64,000 nucleotides of DNA from Candidatus Dojkabacteria bacterium (GTDB taxonomy: Bacteria > Patescibacteriota > Dojkabacteria > B142 > JAFGMG01): NCBI GenBank assembly GCA_016927655.1, contig JAFGMG010000005.1, forward strand, positions 75,991 through 139,990, written 5' to 3'. The notes under the pieces are model-generated. The model saw nothing but the letters and a program-made list of their open reading frames with translations, did no database searches and was not told the origin of the DNA. Positions 49,764 through 58,994 of the stretch are shown piece after piece; position 1 is the stretch's first letter; each line of letters opens with the position of its first letter. A program made the translations under genes and the position numbers.

Positions 49764-50545
49764 CAGGAATTCCAGATGTTTTCGAAAATATTTTTAAAGG
49801 CCTTGTAAATTGATTCATTCCTCATATTTATTGCTATATAGGGCTTAAGAGACACCATTATAGAGACTTCATTTGAATAAATGATAAAAGTAGTCTGGAA
49901 ATCAAATGTGTCGGGAAGATATCTAGTCTCTCTGAGTTTGTTTTTATCAAGATATCTGAGTCTTTCTCCTTGTGTGTTTTTTACAACCAAAGATCGCATT
50001 TTTATCCTTTTTTTTAATCTTTGAGGAATGTAATGTGTCGAATCATAGTCTTCTGTAAATACTTGCCGCCAATATTGATGATTGGATAAAAATAATATTT
50101 CATTATCAGCATAGTCCAGGGATCTGCTACAAACATCCCGAAATCCCGTTATCCCTTCGTAATACCTTAGTAATGGGCTACTCTCCTTTCTCTCAAAAGA
50201 AGTTTCTATTAAAGGCAAGAGGTTATAAAGTTCGTTTTTCTGTTTTTTGACTTCTTCCTGTTGCTCTTCTATATAAATTTCTTTTGTCCTTATTAAGTTC
50301 TCTAATTTTTTGGGGTTTTCTGCTATTAATATTCTTTCCGAATTCTTAAAACCTTGCGATACTAGGCCCTTTGCTATCAATTTTTCTATAGTTCTGGTAA
50401 CAGTTGTTCGAGGAATGCCGCTTTGTTTTGTAATTGAAGCGATATTTCCCGATTTTAAGCTAAGTAACTCTAAATAGATTTTAGTTTCGTTGGGGCTGAA
50501 ACCAAGATCAGTAAAAATATTATCAATTTTCACATTTTCTTTCAT
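49760..50545 (-). CDS. TrmB-family HTH transcriptional regulator
   Basis: The N-terminus (TKIYLELLSLKSGNIASITKQSGIPRTTVTRTIEKLIAKGLV) is a TrmB-type winged HTH. A C-terminal effector-like domain follows. Its 3' end overlaps the methyltransferase stop by 4 nt. Confidence 0.65.
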   Translation of the reverse strand: MKENVKIDNIFTDLGFSPNETKIYLELLSLKSGNIASITKQSGIPRTTVTRTIEKLIAKGLVSQGFKNSERILIAENPKKLENLIRTKEIYIEEQQEEVKKQKNELYNLLPLIETSFERKESSPLLRYYEGITGFRDVCSRSLDYADNEILFLSNHQYWRQVFTEDYDSTHYIPQRLKKRIKMRSLVVKNTQGERLRYLDKNKLRETRYLPDTFDFQTTFIIYSNEVSIMVSLKPYIAINMRNESIYKAFKNIFENIWNSC

Positions 50546-50740
50546 ATGTTAAAGTCACTATTTTTGAATAACCACCGTTACGGTCGTTGTAGGTGCCCCC
50601 ATTATATAACAAAGACGGCTATATAATCAAGTATATTGGCTGCAGAAAATCGTTGATAACCGCTCTAGACAGTCAATACGAACTCATAATAGAATTAGTC
50701 GTCTTTTTGTTTTAATATTTAGCCGGTTAAAGTTATATAT

Positions 50741-50965
50741 ATGAAAAGCAAAATTCTTGGCTCGAAAATTAAATATTTTCGCAATAAGGCCGGATTTTCG
50801 CAGTTTGATCTGGAAAGTATCGTAGGATTTTCCCCCGGAAGTATCAGCAGGATCGAAAATGGTTTGACCATGCCAACCCTTGGGACTGTCTACAAAATTG
50901 CAAAAGCACTCGCACTTACAAAAGAAGAGACAATGGAGCTGTTTCTGGCGCAGAAAGAAAGCTAG
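50741..50965 (+). CDS. XRE-family HTH regulator (74 aa)
   Basis: Canonical Cro/C1 HTH: LGSKIKYFRNKAGFSQFDLESIVGFSPGSISRIENGLTMPTLGTVYKIAKAL. Confidence 0.75.
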   Translation: MKSKILGSKIKYFRNKAGFSQFDLESIVGFSPGSISRIENGLTMPTLGTVYKIAKALALTKEETMELFLAQKES

Positions 50966-51029
50966 AAAAATATGGCAAATCCTCACTTCAAGCTAACACT
51001 TCCCCACTGATTATGTGGTATAAATCACC

Positions 51030-51938
51030 ATGAGCAGTCACCTTAATCAAAAACTCATTTTGCTGCTTATCATGCTTATTGCCTTGAGCCACTCCGTGGC
51101 TCTATGGGGGGATTTCCAAGAAGCCAAGGCAAAAAGGCGTTATATCTCCCAGGTAGGAGAACTTGCTGATGGAAGCAGGAAATTTTGGGCGCTGGTTGAA
51201 AAGGGAAACGAGCTGGCAAGACAGGGTGAAGAAGGCTTCTCCGAGGATGCCATGAAAGAATACTCGGCTTATATCGATTCTTACGTGGCGATCTATCAGT
51301 CCAATGCGCAAATCGCCGAATCAATACTGGTTGATGATGATTACAAAGAATACGCCTTCTACACTGATATCAAGGAAAATCTGCAGGAAATAATAGGATT
51401 TGAAGATAAAGTTGGGGAAAATTTAAGTGCCAGGAAATATTTTATGAAATATTTTGTTTCCGTTTATGATGCTTTGAGCAATGAGAATTTGACACAATAT
51501 GACACAAAAGTTGAGGCAGGAATTGCGGATTATGATCTGCTCATCAATGGCTACTTCGAAGTTGTGGAAGATCTCGGTTCGATAACGCCTCCAAGTTATA
51601 TGGTTGAGTATCATGCCAATATGACTGCGTATTATTCTGAGCTAAAAAGGCTTTTTGTTAAATTAAAAAGTATCACTTATCAATTGGCAGAAATGAAACG
51701 TGATCCGAAGAAATATTCTCCCCGGGTGTGGGACGCTGTGTATATAAATCAAAGTGAGAATGACCGGGAATTTGATGAATTGTTCAAAAGCAATCCCTAC
51801 GCGGCAAATGATGATTATATGTCTGAGTTTGTCCCGGCCGCTTTTTCCGGGAAAAGCAGTGAGCAGCTGCGCGCGGAAGAAATGAAATATATACGTGCCT
51901 TGGGAGGTGTGGTTGAGGAGCGGGAGGGGTGGGAATAG
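51030..51938 (+). CDS. Hypothetical secreted protein (302 aa)
   Basis: Signal anchor (LILLLIMLIALSHSVALWG); no recognised domain. Confidence 0.5.
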   Translation: MSSHLNQKLILLLIMLIALSHSVALWGDFQEAKAKRRYISQVGELADGSRKFWALVEKGNELARQGEEGFSEDAMKEYSAYIDSYVAIYQSNAQIAESILVDDDYKEYAFYTDIKENLQEIIGFEDKVGENLSARKYFMKYFVSVYDALSNENLTQYDTKVEAGIADYDLLINGYFEVVEDLGSITPPSYMVEYHANMTAYYSELKRLFVKLKSITYQLAEMKRDPKKYSPRVWDAVYINQSENDREFDELFKSNPYAANDDYMSEFVPAAFSGKSSEQLRAEEMKYIRALGGVVEEREGWE

Positions 51939-51969
51939 GTGGATACTGACAATTACAAACGTAGTTTTT

Positions 51970-52770
51970 CTAAATAAATTTTTGAAGAAGTTTTATTACG
52001 TAGTTTGTTGGGGTATATTCAACGATTCTGAACCTAGGGAATTTTGGTAGCGTTTCGTTTGTATATAACATTCTAATTTTTTTACCCTGATAATCAAAAT
52101 ATACAGTCCTAGATTCTTCTGTCCTGACCCTTTGCGATTTGCCTTCATAAAATTCCTTCCAGATTTTCTTTAAAAATGCCTCCTGTTCTATCCAATACAC
52201 AATTTCTGTGTAGAATGGATCTCCGATCATAAAGTTCATTTCGTCCCAAGTCCGATTGAATGCAAAGTATAAGGACTCTTTAAAATCCTCTGTTTCAATA
52301 TACTTTCTAAGACCAAGTGATGGATCTAAAATTATCTGTGGCATAGTTTTCCCCAAAAAAGCAACTTCGGCGGTTTGATCTAAAGCTAGAAGTTTTTTAA
52401 ATCCTACTGAAATATCGAGCATTCTAGATCTATCATCAAGTAAATAAGCTAAAATGGTCTTATTGCTAAAATGTCCGCGGACTTCGTTCCGCGCCTCCTG
52501 GATATCTTCTTCGGTAGCAGGCTTTGCTAATTCGCCGATTAGGTAGGATATTTCTAAGCCAGATAGTTTTATAACAGCGATAATCTTTTGTATTGTTTCT
52601 TTCGTAGGATTAATAAATCCTTTTTCTATTCTGGAGATCATGCCGGCACTGGCGTTGATTTCGGTTTCGAGCTCGAGTTGTGAAAGCCCCGATCTTTTAC
52701 GGAAATATTTCAGTTTTTCGCCGAGTGTTGGGAATTTTGGTTTTATTTCTTCTTTTGTGTTCATTGGCAA
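51970..52770 (-). CDS. XRE-HTH regulator fused to a ~190-aa C-terminal domain (paralog 1)
   Basis: N-terminal HTH (LGEKLKYFRKRSGLSQLELETEINASAGMISRIEKGFINPTKETIQKIIAVIKL). The C-terminus ends with a ...RFRIVEYTPTNYVIKLLQKFI motif shared with the divergent neighbour. Confidence 0.7.
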   Translation of the reverse strand: MPMNTKEEIKPKFPTLGEKLKYFRKRSGLSQLELETEINASAGMISRIEKGFINPTKETIQKIIAVIKLSGLEISYLIGELAKPATEEDIQEARNEVRGHFSNKTILAYLLDDRSRMLDISVGFKKLLALDQTAEVAFLGKTMPQIILDPSLGLRKYIETEDFKESLYFAFNRTWDEMNFMIGDPFYTEIVYWIEQEAFLKKIWKEFYEGKSQRVRTEESRTVYFDYQGKKIRMLYTNETLPKFPRFRIVEYTPTNYVIKLLQKFI

Positions 52771-52828
52771 GTTGTTTTATATATCTGATATAATTATATA
52801 TCAAAATGCAAGTTATTAGCGAATATCC

Positions 52829-53623
52829 GTGGGAAATACTTTAGGGCAGAATAGTCTAGGCCGAAAAATCAGATTCTTCAGAAAAAGGGCTGAGATGAGC
52901 CAGATGGAGCTTGAAATGGAGATTGATGGTAGTGCTGGGATGATTTCTAGAATTGAAAGCGATAAAGTCAATCCGAGTAAGGAGACTATAAATGATATTG
53001 CCAAGGTGTTGAAATTAAACAAAAGGGAAATTGATTATATGATAGGCGCTTCCGCGAATCCTGTTAGTGAAAAAGAAATCGAAGCAGCCCGAGGCGAAGT
53101 AGGAGAATATTTTTCCAGATTAAATGTTTTTGCATATCTAATTTGTGACCGGCAGAGAATCTGGTTATTGTCGAGGGGATTTTACAAAATGTTCGCCCCC
53201 GTTGTTGATGATCCCGAAAAAGTCTCAAGAGAAGTTCAGAATGGGTCGCAGATTATTAGAATAATGCTTGATTCGAGTTTGGGAATTAATACTTATCTTG
53301 ATCAGGAATCATTAAAGGAGATGCTATGCTACAATTTATCTAGGTTCTATCTCGAGTTGGATTTCATTACAGATGATGAGAATATTACAAATACAATTAA
53401 AATGATTGAATCACACCCGATTGCAGGAAAGATCTGGGATAGAATTAAACTTCAAAAAGAAATAAATACGACGGAGCTAGATTCTAGGACGGCAACATTT
53501 ATGATACATGGATTAAAAGTCAGGCTTAGATATGGAAGAGAGTATTTAAATTCAAATCCCAGATTTGAGGTGATTGAATATGTCCCGACAAATAGATTGA
53601 TAAAGTTATTATCAAGATTTTAA
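52829..53623 (+). CDS. XRE-HTH regulator fused to a ~190-aa C-terminal domain (paralog 2)
   Basis: N-terminal HTH (LGRKIRFFRKRAEMSQMELEMEIDGSAGMISRIESDKVNPSKETINDIAKVLKL). The C-terminus (...RFEVIEYVPTNRLIKLLSRF) is clearly homologous to 51970..52770. The two genes are divergently transcribed. Confidence 0.7.
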   Translation: MGNTLGQNSLGRKIRFFRKRAEMSQMELEMEIDGSAGMISRIESDKVNPSKETINDIAKVLKLNKREIDYMIGASANPVSEKEIEAARGEVGEYFSRLNVFAYLICDRQRIWLLSRGFYKMFAPVVDDPEKVSREVQNGSQIIRIMLDSSLGINTYLDQESLKEMLCYNLSRFYLELDFITDDENITNTIKMIESHPIAGKIWDRIKLQKEINTTELDSRTATFMIHGLKVRLRYGREYLNSNPRFEVIEYVPTNRLIKLLSRF

Positions 53624-53686
53624 TTCTTGTAATTGGTACGAAAAATTATATTAATGGACTTTGATTTAAAATAATTAAATAAAAGT

Positions 53687-54808
53687 ATGAGTACTACTGA
53701 TGAAGCAACTCCCTATAAGGATGTGAAAATAAAAGCAGGAGAATTAGGTGTAAGAGAGGGGCTTATCTTACTTGATAATGTGACTAATCAACAAGAATAT
53801 ATGAATTTGTATAGAGAAGCGCTGCCAAATTTGTTTTCTGAAGATTTGACAGTAGAGTATGAGCGTTTTGATTTTGAACCCGGAGGGATTCTACACTCCT
53901 TTCCTGCCTTGAGGATTGGTAGAAAAGATGAAGAAGAACAACCATCTAAAAATATTTTTATCATGTTTGACGGTTTATTTAATGCTGCTCCGACTCATGA
54001 TAAATTCATATGGAATTTAACCCGTGAAATGCCAAACACACAGGTATACTATTTGCCTTGGCCTGGTTCACAATTCCATCAACCAGAGGTGGTTGGTGAT
54101 GAGGTATTCTTAGGCATGACAGGGGAACAAATGCTAAATATGATGCTTGATATGAAAATTCAGGCTCTTCGCAAACTAAGGGAGCAAAATCCAGATGCAG
54201 TACTTGTATCTATGGATTTTTCAAGAGGAAATGTTTATCAGTTTGTTGATGTTGCGTATGGAGATGCGATGCCTGAAATCTATCCGGAGAACAGATATGA
54301 AAAAGCTTTAGAAGTTTGTAATGCTTATAGCTTAAGTATTTCTCCTGCAATCGGACCGTTACCACTAATTGACAATATCAAGGTTAATGGATTATTGCGT
54401 ATAATAGCAAGGGATGATGAGGTCCTGTTCTCAAAATTTAGAGATAAGAGGACTATTCGCGAGCTAGCAGGAAGAGAGAGGCTTGATGAAGGAGATCTAT
54501 TAGTTGAGGCTACTCGTGCGACAACGTGTGGTCCGAATCTCAGTGCCTTAGTTTTTGCTCAAAACAGGCTTGCAAAACGTTTAGCTAGTAAAGGGACTAT
54601 TTTGCCTCAAAGTGCTAGAAAACGTTTCATTTATGGGGAGCAAGATGTAATTGCTTCACAAGATGTTGTTGTTGGGGCACTAGGTGTAGACATAGTTAAA
54701 GAAATAGAGTTTATGTATCATGATGAACATGCTAGGTATCCCCATCACTTGGCTAAACAGGTTATGTATACGCTTGAATCTCTTGCAAACAAAGGTGTTT
54801 CTGTTTAA
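53687..54808 (+). CDS. Hypothetical protein (373 aa)
   Basis: Long ORF upstream of, and co-oriented with, the glycosyltransferase. No motif recognised; no clear GxSxG. Confidence 0.5.
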   Translation: MSTTDEATPYKDVKIKAGELGVREGLILLDNVTNQQEYMNLYREALPNLFSEDLTVEYERFDFEPGGILHSFPALRIGRKDEEEQPSKNIFIMFDGLFNAAPTHDKFIWNLTREMPNTQVYYLPWPGSQFHQPEVVGDEVFLGMTGEQMLNMMLDMKIQALRKLREQNPDAVLVSMDFSRGNVYQFVDVAYGDAMPEIYPENRYEKALEVCNAYSLSISPAIGPLPLIDNIKVNGLLRIIARDDEVLFSKFRDKRTIRELAGRERLDEGDLLVEATRATTCGPNLSALVFAQNRLAKRLASKGTILPQSARKRFIYGEQDVIASQDVVVGALGVDIVKEIEFMYHDEHARYPHHLAKQVMYTLESLANKGVSV

Positions 54809-54836
54809 TATAAGATAGGTTTTTGTTATTCATGTT

Positions 54837-56105
54837 ATGAAAGTATTATTTACGCCAATTACAACAAGTTCTATCGCACATATTATTCGTAGTATGGCTG
54901 TTGCAGATGAGATGCAAAGGCGTGGGCATGATGTTTTCTTTACCTCCTGTACTGAAAAGAAGCCGTTCATAGAAAATAGAGGATATAAAGTTATAGCTAC
55001 ACATACCCCTGTTAATATGAATGATAAGGAAGATCAATCAATTAATTATTTAAAAGATAATCATGAGAAATTTGTTGATTGGTTTTCTGCGGAGATAGAA
55101 GCAGCAAGGGAACTTAGACCGGATGTAGTTGTTGCAGCTTCTGGCTTGTTTGGGCCACATCCTTCCCATGCTGATGGTTTTCCTGTTGTCCAAATAATGG
55201 ATTCTCAATATTTCCCAGAATCGAAGGGAATGATGGGAATTTCTTTAGCAAAAGATACTCTAAGAAATAGAATTATTCGTCCTATTCTGCGTCCATTGTT
55301 TGAGAAAAAGTTTATTGAGTTATACCTGTCTGAAGTCTTGGATATATATAAGGAGCTTGGAATTGATTCTTCGGGAATAAAAGATAGAAAGACTTTGTAT
55401 GCTCCAAGTCTTGTGTTAATTCCTGCTGATGATGTTTTTGAACCTTTGTATAAAACGAGAGCAAACACTTACCATATAGGTCCGCTGTTCTGGGATGGAT
55501 TTGAGACAATGGATACAGATCTTACTGATACAAAGATTAAAGATTTTAAAGGCGACGAGAAACTTGTATTTTTAACTTTTGGAGCAAGCGTATTTGATAG
55601 GGAAATTTATAATAAAATACTGGATGAACTTATAAATAATGAGCATAAGATGATCGTGTGTCTTGGTCCGAACTGGAAAAGGGAGGATTTCCCTGATGAT
55701 AATAAGCATTTTCTGATCAGAAGATATGTCCCGGGGTTACGTGTCTCAAGATATGCTGATTTGATAATCAATACAGGCTCTCAAGGGGCGATTATGCAAG
55801 GACTTACTTTCGGAAAACCTCAAGTATCGTTTCCAACGACTATTGACCAGTCCTTTTTTGCAAATAGGCTTGAAGAACTGGGTCTGGGTATCAATGTAAA
55901 TAAAATTGGGCTTGCAAAATTTGCAAAAAGAGAAAACTACACCTTGTTCCCGAAGGAGATACCAGATAGAATAATAAAAGCAATAAATATCATTTTGGGG
56001 GATGCTTCTTTTGAGATTAAGGCTTCTGCACATGCAAAAGTTTTGAAATCTTATAAGAATTCTCCATTAAGGGCTGTTGAACTTATAGAAGCTTTTATCA
56101 AATAA
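54837..56105 (+). CDS. GT1-family (MGT/UDP-glycosyltransferase-like) glycosyltransferase
   Basis: The N-terminal acceptor domain opens MKVLFTPITTSSIAHIIRSMAVADEMQRRGHDV. The C-terminal donor-binding domain has ...GSQGAIMQGLTFGKPQV... (a GT-B, MurG/MGT-like layout). Confidence 0.7.
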   Translation: MKVLFTPITTSSIAHIIRSMAVADEMQRRGHDVFFTSCTEKKPFIENRGYKVIATHTPVNMNDKEDQSINYLKDNHEKFVDWFSAEIEAARELRPDVVVAASGLFGPHPSHADGFPVVQIMDSQYFPESKGMMGISLAKDTLRNRIIRPILRPLFEKKFIELYLSEVLDIYKELGIDSSGIKDRKTLYAPSLVLIPADDVFEPLYKTRANTYHIGPLFWDGFETMDTDLTDTKIKDFKGDEKLVFLTFGASVFDREIYNKILDELINNEHKMIVCLGPNWKREDFPDDNKHFLIRRYVPGLRVSRYADLIINTGSQGAIMQGLTFGKPQVSFPTTIDQSFFANRLEELGLGINVNKIGLAKFAKRENYTLFPKEIPDRIIKAINIILGDASFEIKASAHAKVLKSYKNSPLRAVELIEAFIK

Positions 56106-56107
56106 TA

Positions 56108-58450
56108 ATGGAGTTCGAGATATTCATTTTGTCAGGAATATTGTTACTGAATTTCTTTATATTCTTTTCTATTCTCACCTCTAGGGATAGAAGTAGCAGA
56201 AGTAGGAAGCTTTTGTTTGCTGGGATGATCTTTTGGGTGATTGTATGGGTTATTTCCATTTTGATCACTGATCTGTATTTCAATGACGTTCCTATAAATC
56301 TTTGGGCTTCGAGGATATCATTTTTTTCCTCAGGACTTATAGCAATTTTTTATTTCCTGTTTATAGATTCATATCGAAAGGATAAGAGCTCTTATTATAT
56401 TATTGAGAAATTAATTTGGACCCCATTAGTCCTTTTTATTACTGGCATTAGTTTAACCAATATGGTTCTTGAATCGGTGGAAGTCGTGGATGGCCAGCAT
56501 TTGAAATCTCATTTTGGCAGCCTATATTTGTTATTTACCTTATTTATCTCTGTTAACTTTATTTATTCAGCGATAAAGTTCTATAGGATTTTTCGCCAGG
56601 AAGAAAATCCAACTCTTAGATTTCAGATTCTTTATATTTTATTGGGTACTACTGCTTCCATATTTTTCACACTTACAACGAATCTGTTTATTCCTCTCAT
56701 CACAGAAATAGAAATTAGATCTTTAGGACCATTAGGCTTAATATTCTTTTTGGGGTTGACGTATTATGCAATTTTGAGATATAGATTTTTAAGCTTGAGA
56801 ATATTTGTTGGGAAATTTGTTTACTTCACTTTCGTTTCAGTTGTCCCATATATTGCTTTTTTTGCCATCTATTTATTCCAAACAGAGACTTGGGGAAGTA
56901 TTTGGGATCTAAAGGCAATATTTTCAGGATATTTTATTGCAGCGATTTTCGTTTATTTACTTTTTCTTGCTGACAATAAGGTAAGTCATTTTGTACAAAA
57001 AAATATTGTCTATCATAGTTTTGATCCTGAGAAATTAAACAAGCAATTGATTGATACTGTCAGTAAACAACTAGAGTTGGAAGATGTTTTAAATCAGGTA
57101 TATGAAGTAATTGAGAAAGTTTTTCTGCCAAATAGTCTAGATATTTATGTTTTTGATAATCAAAACAAAGTTTTATCTTATAGAGATGAGCATCTTTATA
57201 TTGAGGAAAAAGTTGAACCGGTTTTTGCTAATATCGTTAAAATTATTGATGATGCGGATGATAACGAAATTCTCATGTACAATGAGCTTCTTCTTCAGTA
57301 CATTGATGAGGGAATTCGGGGGTATAGCAAGGAAGACATAGCCGCTATCGTAAAATTTATGAAAGAAAGGAAGTTTGAAATACTCTTGCCTTATCAACAA
57401 AGTAAAAATCAGTTGAGGGTATTGGTTTTTATTGGCTCAAAACAAACAAATTCTGCATACACGATCGGAGAATTAAGGTTTATTAAGGAAATAATTTCAA
57501 GTTCTAATGTGGCAATTGAGAGAGCACTATATCATCAGCAAGTACAAGATCATGCTGTTAGGTTAAAAAGTGAAATCGACAAAGCAACTCAAGAGCTGCA
57601 GCTCAAAAATCAGCAGCTTGAGGAGACTCTTCGTAAAGAGCGCGACATGATGGATATTCTTGGCCACGAGCTTCGTACACCGCTTACAATCGGCAAAAAT
57701 GCAATGAGATATTTAAAGCAGGATTATGAGAAAGACGGGACTGTCACTCCTGAAGTTATGAAAAAATACCTCGCTATGGCGGATGAAAATCTTACCCGTG
57801 AGGCCAGACTCCTGGAAACTCTTCTCTCCACCACGAAAATTGATAATAAAGCTGTCAATCTTCACATTGAAAAAGCCGATCTGGTCGATGCTGTTAATGA
57901 TTCGCTCGACGCATTGAGATTGAAAGCTGAGGAAAGAGGGCTTCAGGTGATTTATAATCCTCCAGCAGAGTCATTTATTTACGCTGATCGCAATAGAACG
58001 CAGGAAATCGTTGATAATCTGATCGATAATGCAATTAAATATACAAAACAGGGATCAATCACAATCGAAATAATACCTGGAGAAAAAGAAACTGCATTTA
58101 GAGTCACTGATACTGGAGTTGGAATTCCGGAAAAAGATCTTGAGAAACTCGGGCAGAAATTCTACAGAATCAACACGTATCTGGATAGCAGCATAGAAAG
58201 TGACTATAAAGTTGTGAGGCCCGGAGGAACCGGCTTAGGGCTATATGTGACTTTCAGTCTTGTGGAGCTGATGGGCGGGAAAGTTCAGGTTGAAAGCGAA
58301 GTCGGCAAAGGTTCAATCTTCACTGTAACACTGCCAACATATACCGGCCAGGCAGAAAAAGATAACGGATATTCAAATGGCAAAACTGTATTTGAAAGGT
58401 TTGAGGAGATGAAGAAGGCGAAACTGGATTCTTCTGAAAATCTCAATTGA
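56108..58450 (+). CDS. Sensor histidine kinase with an N-terminal multi-pass (7TM-type) membrane sensor
   Basis: Seven or more hydrophobic helices span aa 1-290. A cytoplasmic linker leads to HisKA (ILGHELRTPLTIGKNAMRY) and HATPase_c (GGTGLGLYVTFSLVELMGGKVQVESEVGKGSIFTVTLP). The start overlaps the GT gene end, so it looks like an operon. No adjacent response regulator. Confidence 0.85.
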   Translation: MEFEIFILSGILLLNFFIFFSILTSRDRSSRSRKLLFAGMIFWVIVWVISILITDLYFNDVPINLWASRISFFSSGLIAIFYFLFIDSYRKDKSSYYIIEKLIWTPLVLFITGISLTNMVLESVEVVDGQHLKSHFGSLYLLFTLFISVNFIYSAIKFYRIFRQEENPTLRFQILYILLGTTASIFFTLTTNLFIPLITEIEIRSLGPLGLIFFLGLTYYAILRYRFLSLRIFVGKFVYFTFVSVVPYIAFFAIYLFQTETWGSIWDLKAIFSGYFIAAIFVYLLFLADNKVSHFVQKNIVYHSFDPEKLNKQLIDTVSKQLELEDVLNQVYEVIEKVFLPNSLDIYVFDNQNKVLSYRDEHLYIEEKVEPVFANIVKIIDDADDNEILMYNELLLQYIDEGIRGYSKEDIAAIVKFMKERKFEILLPYQQSKNQLRVLVFIGSKQTNSAYTIGELRFIKEIISSSNVAIERALYHQQVQDHAVRLKSEIDKATQELQLKNQQLEETLRKERDMMDILGHELRTPLTIGKNAMRYLKQDYEKDGTVTPEVMKKYLAMADENLTREARLLETLLSTTKIDNKAVNLHIEKADLVDAVNDSLDALRLKAEERGLQVIYNPPAESFIYADRNRTQEIVDNLIDNAIKYTKQGSITIEIIPGEKETAFRVTDTGVGIPEKDLEKLGQKFYRINTYLDSSIESDYKVVRPGGTGLGLYVTFSLVELMGGKVQVESEVGKGSIFTVTLPTYTGQAEKDNGYSNGKTVFERFEEMKKAKLDSSENLN

Positions 58451-58470
58451 TTTCTATTAGAATAAATTTA

Positions 58471-58815
58471 TCATGCGCGGGCTCCATTTACTCTTTCTGG
58501 GGGATTTCCGACACTTTTCAATTCGTACTTGTCCAGCATTTTGGGGCATCCCCAATAAGTACTTATTGTTTCTCCAGAAGCAACTGGTCCGGTGATTTCT
58601 ATGCAATATAATTTGGTACCATCCTCAAATATTGCTTTATATGGTGGTTGGCTGATAGTGAATCTGGGTGAAATACCTTCTGTTATTGCATTATTTTCAA
58701 CTCGGACTAATAGTGTTAATTCATGTGGATATAGTTCCCTTCGATTTATAAGATCATTTATTGTCAGTGAAGGTAAAGTATCAGCAGTTAAAGGTTGTGG
58801 TATAGGCTCATCCAT
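58471..58815 (-). CDS. Hypothetical small protein (114 aa)
   Basis: ORF between the histidine kinase and RuBisCO; no motif. Confidence 0.35.
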   Translation of the reverse strand: MDEPIPQPLTADTLPSLTINDLINRRELYPHELTLLVRVENNAITEGISPRFTISQPPYKAIFEDGTKLYCIEITGPVASGETISTYWGCPKMLDKYELKSVGNPPERVNGARA

Positions 58816-58994
58816 AATTATTGATATCAGTTAAAGTACTGCCGTAAACTACCATAAATATTCGATCAGTTGTGAAAAGTCATTTATATTTGCTTCAATT
58901 TTCATTTGGGATTAAAATTAATTTTCAATAATTTCCCTCAACTTCTTCTCGGTGCTATACTGGTTCTAGCAGATTTGCCTCTGCTCGACTATAT

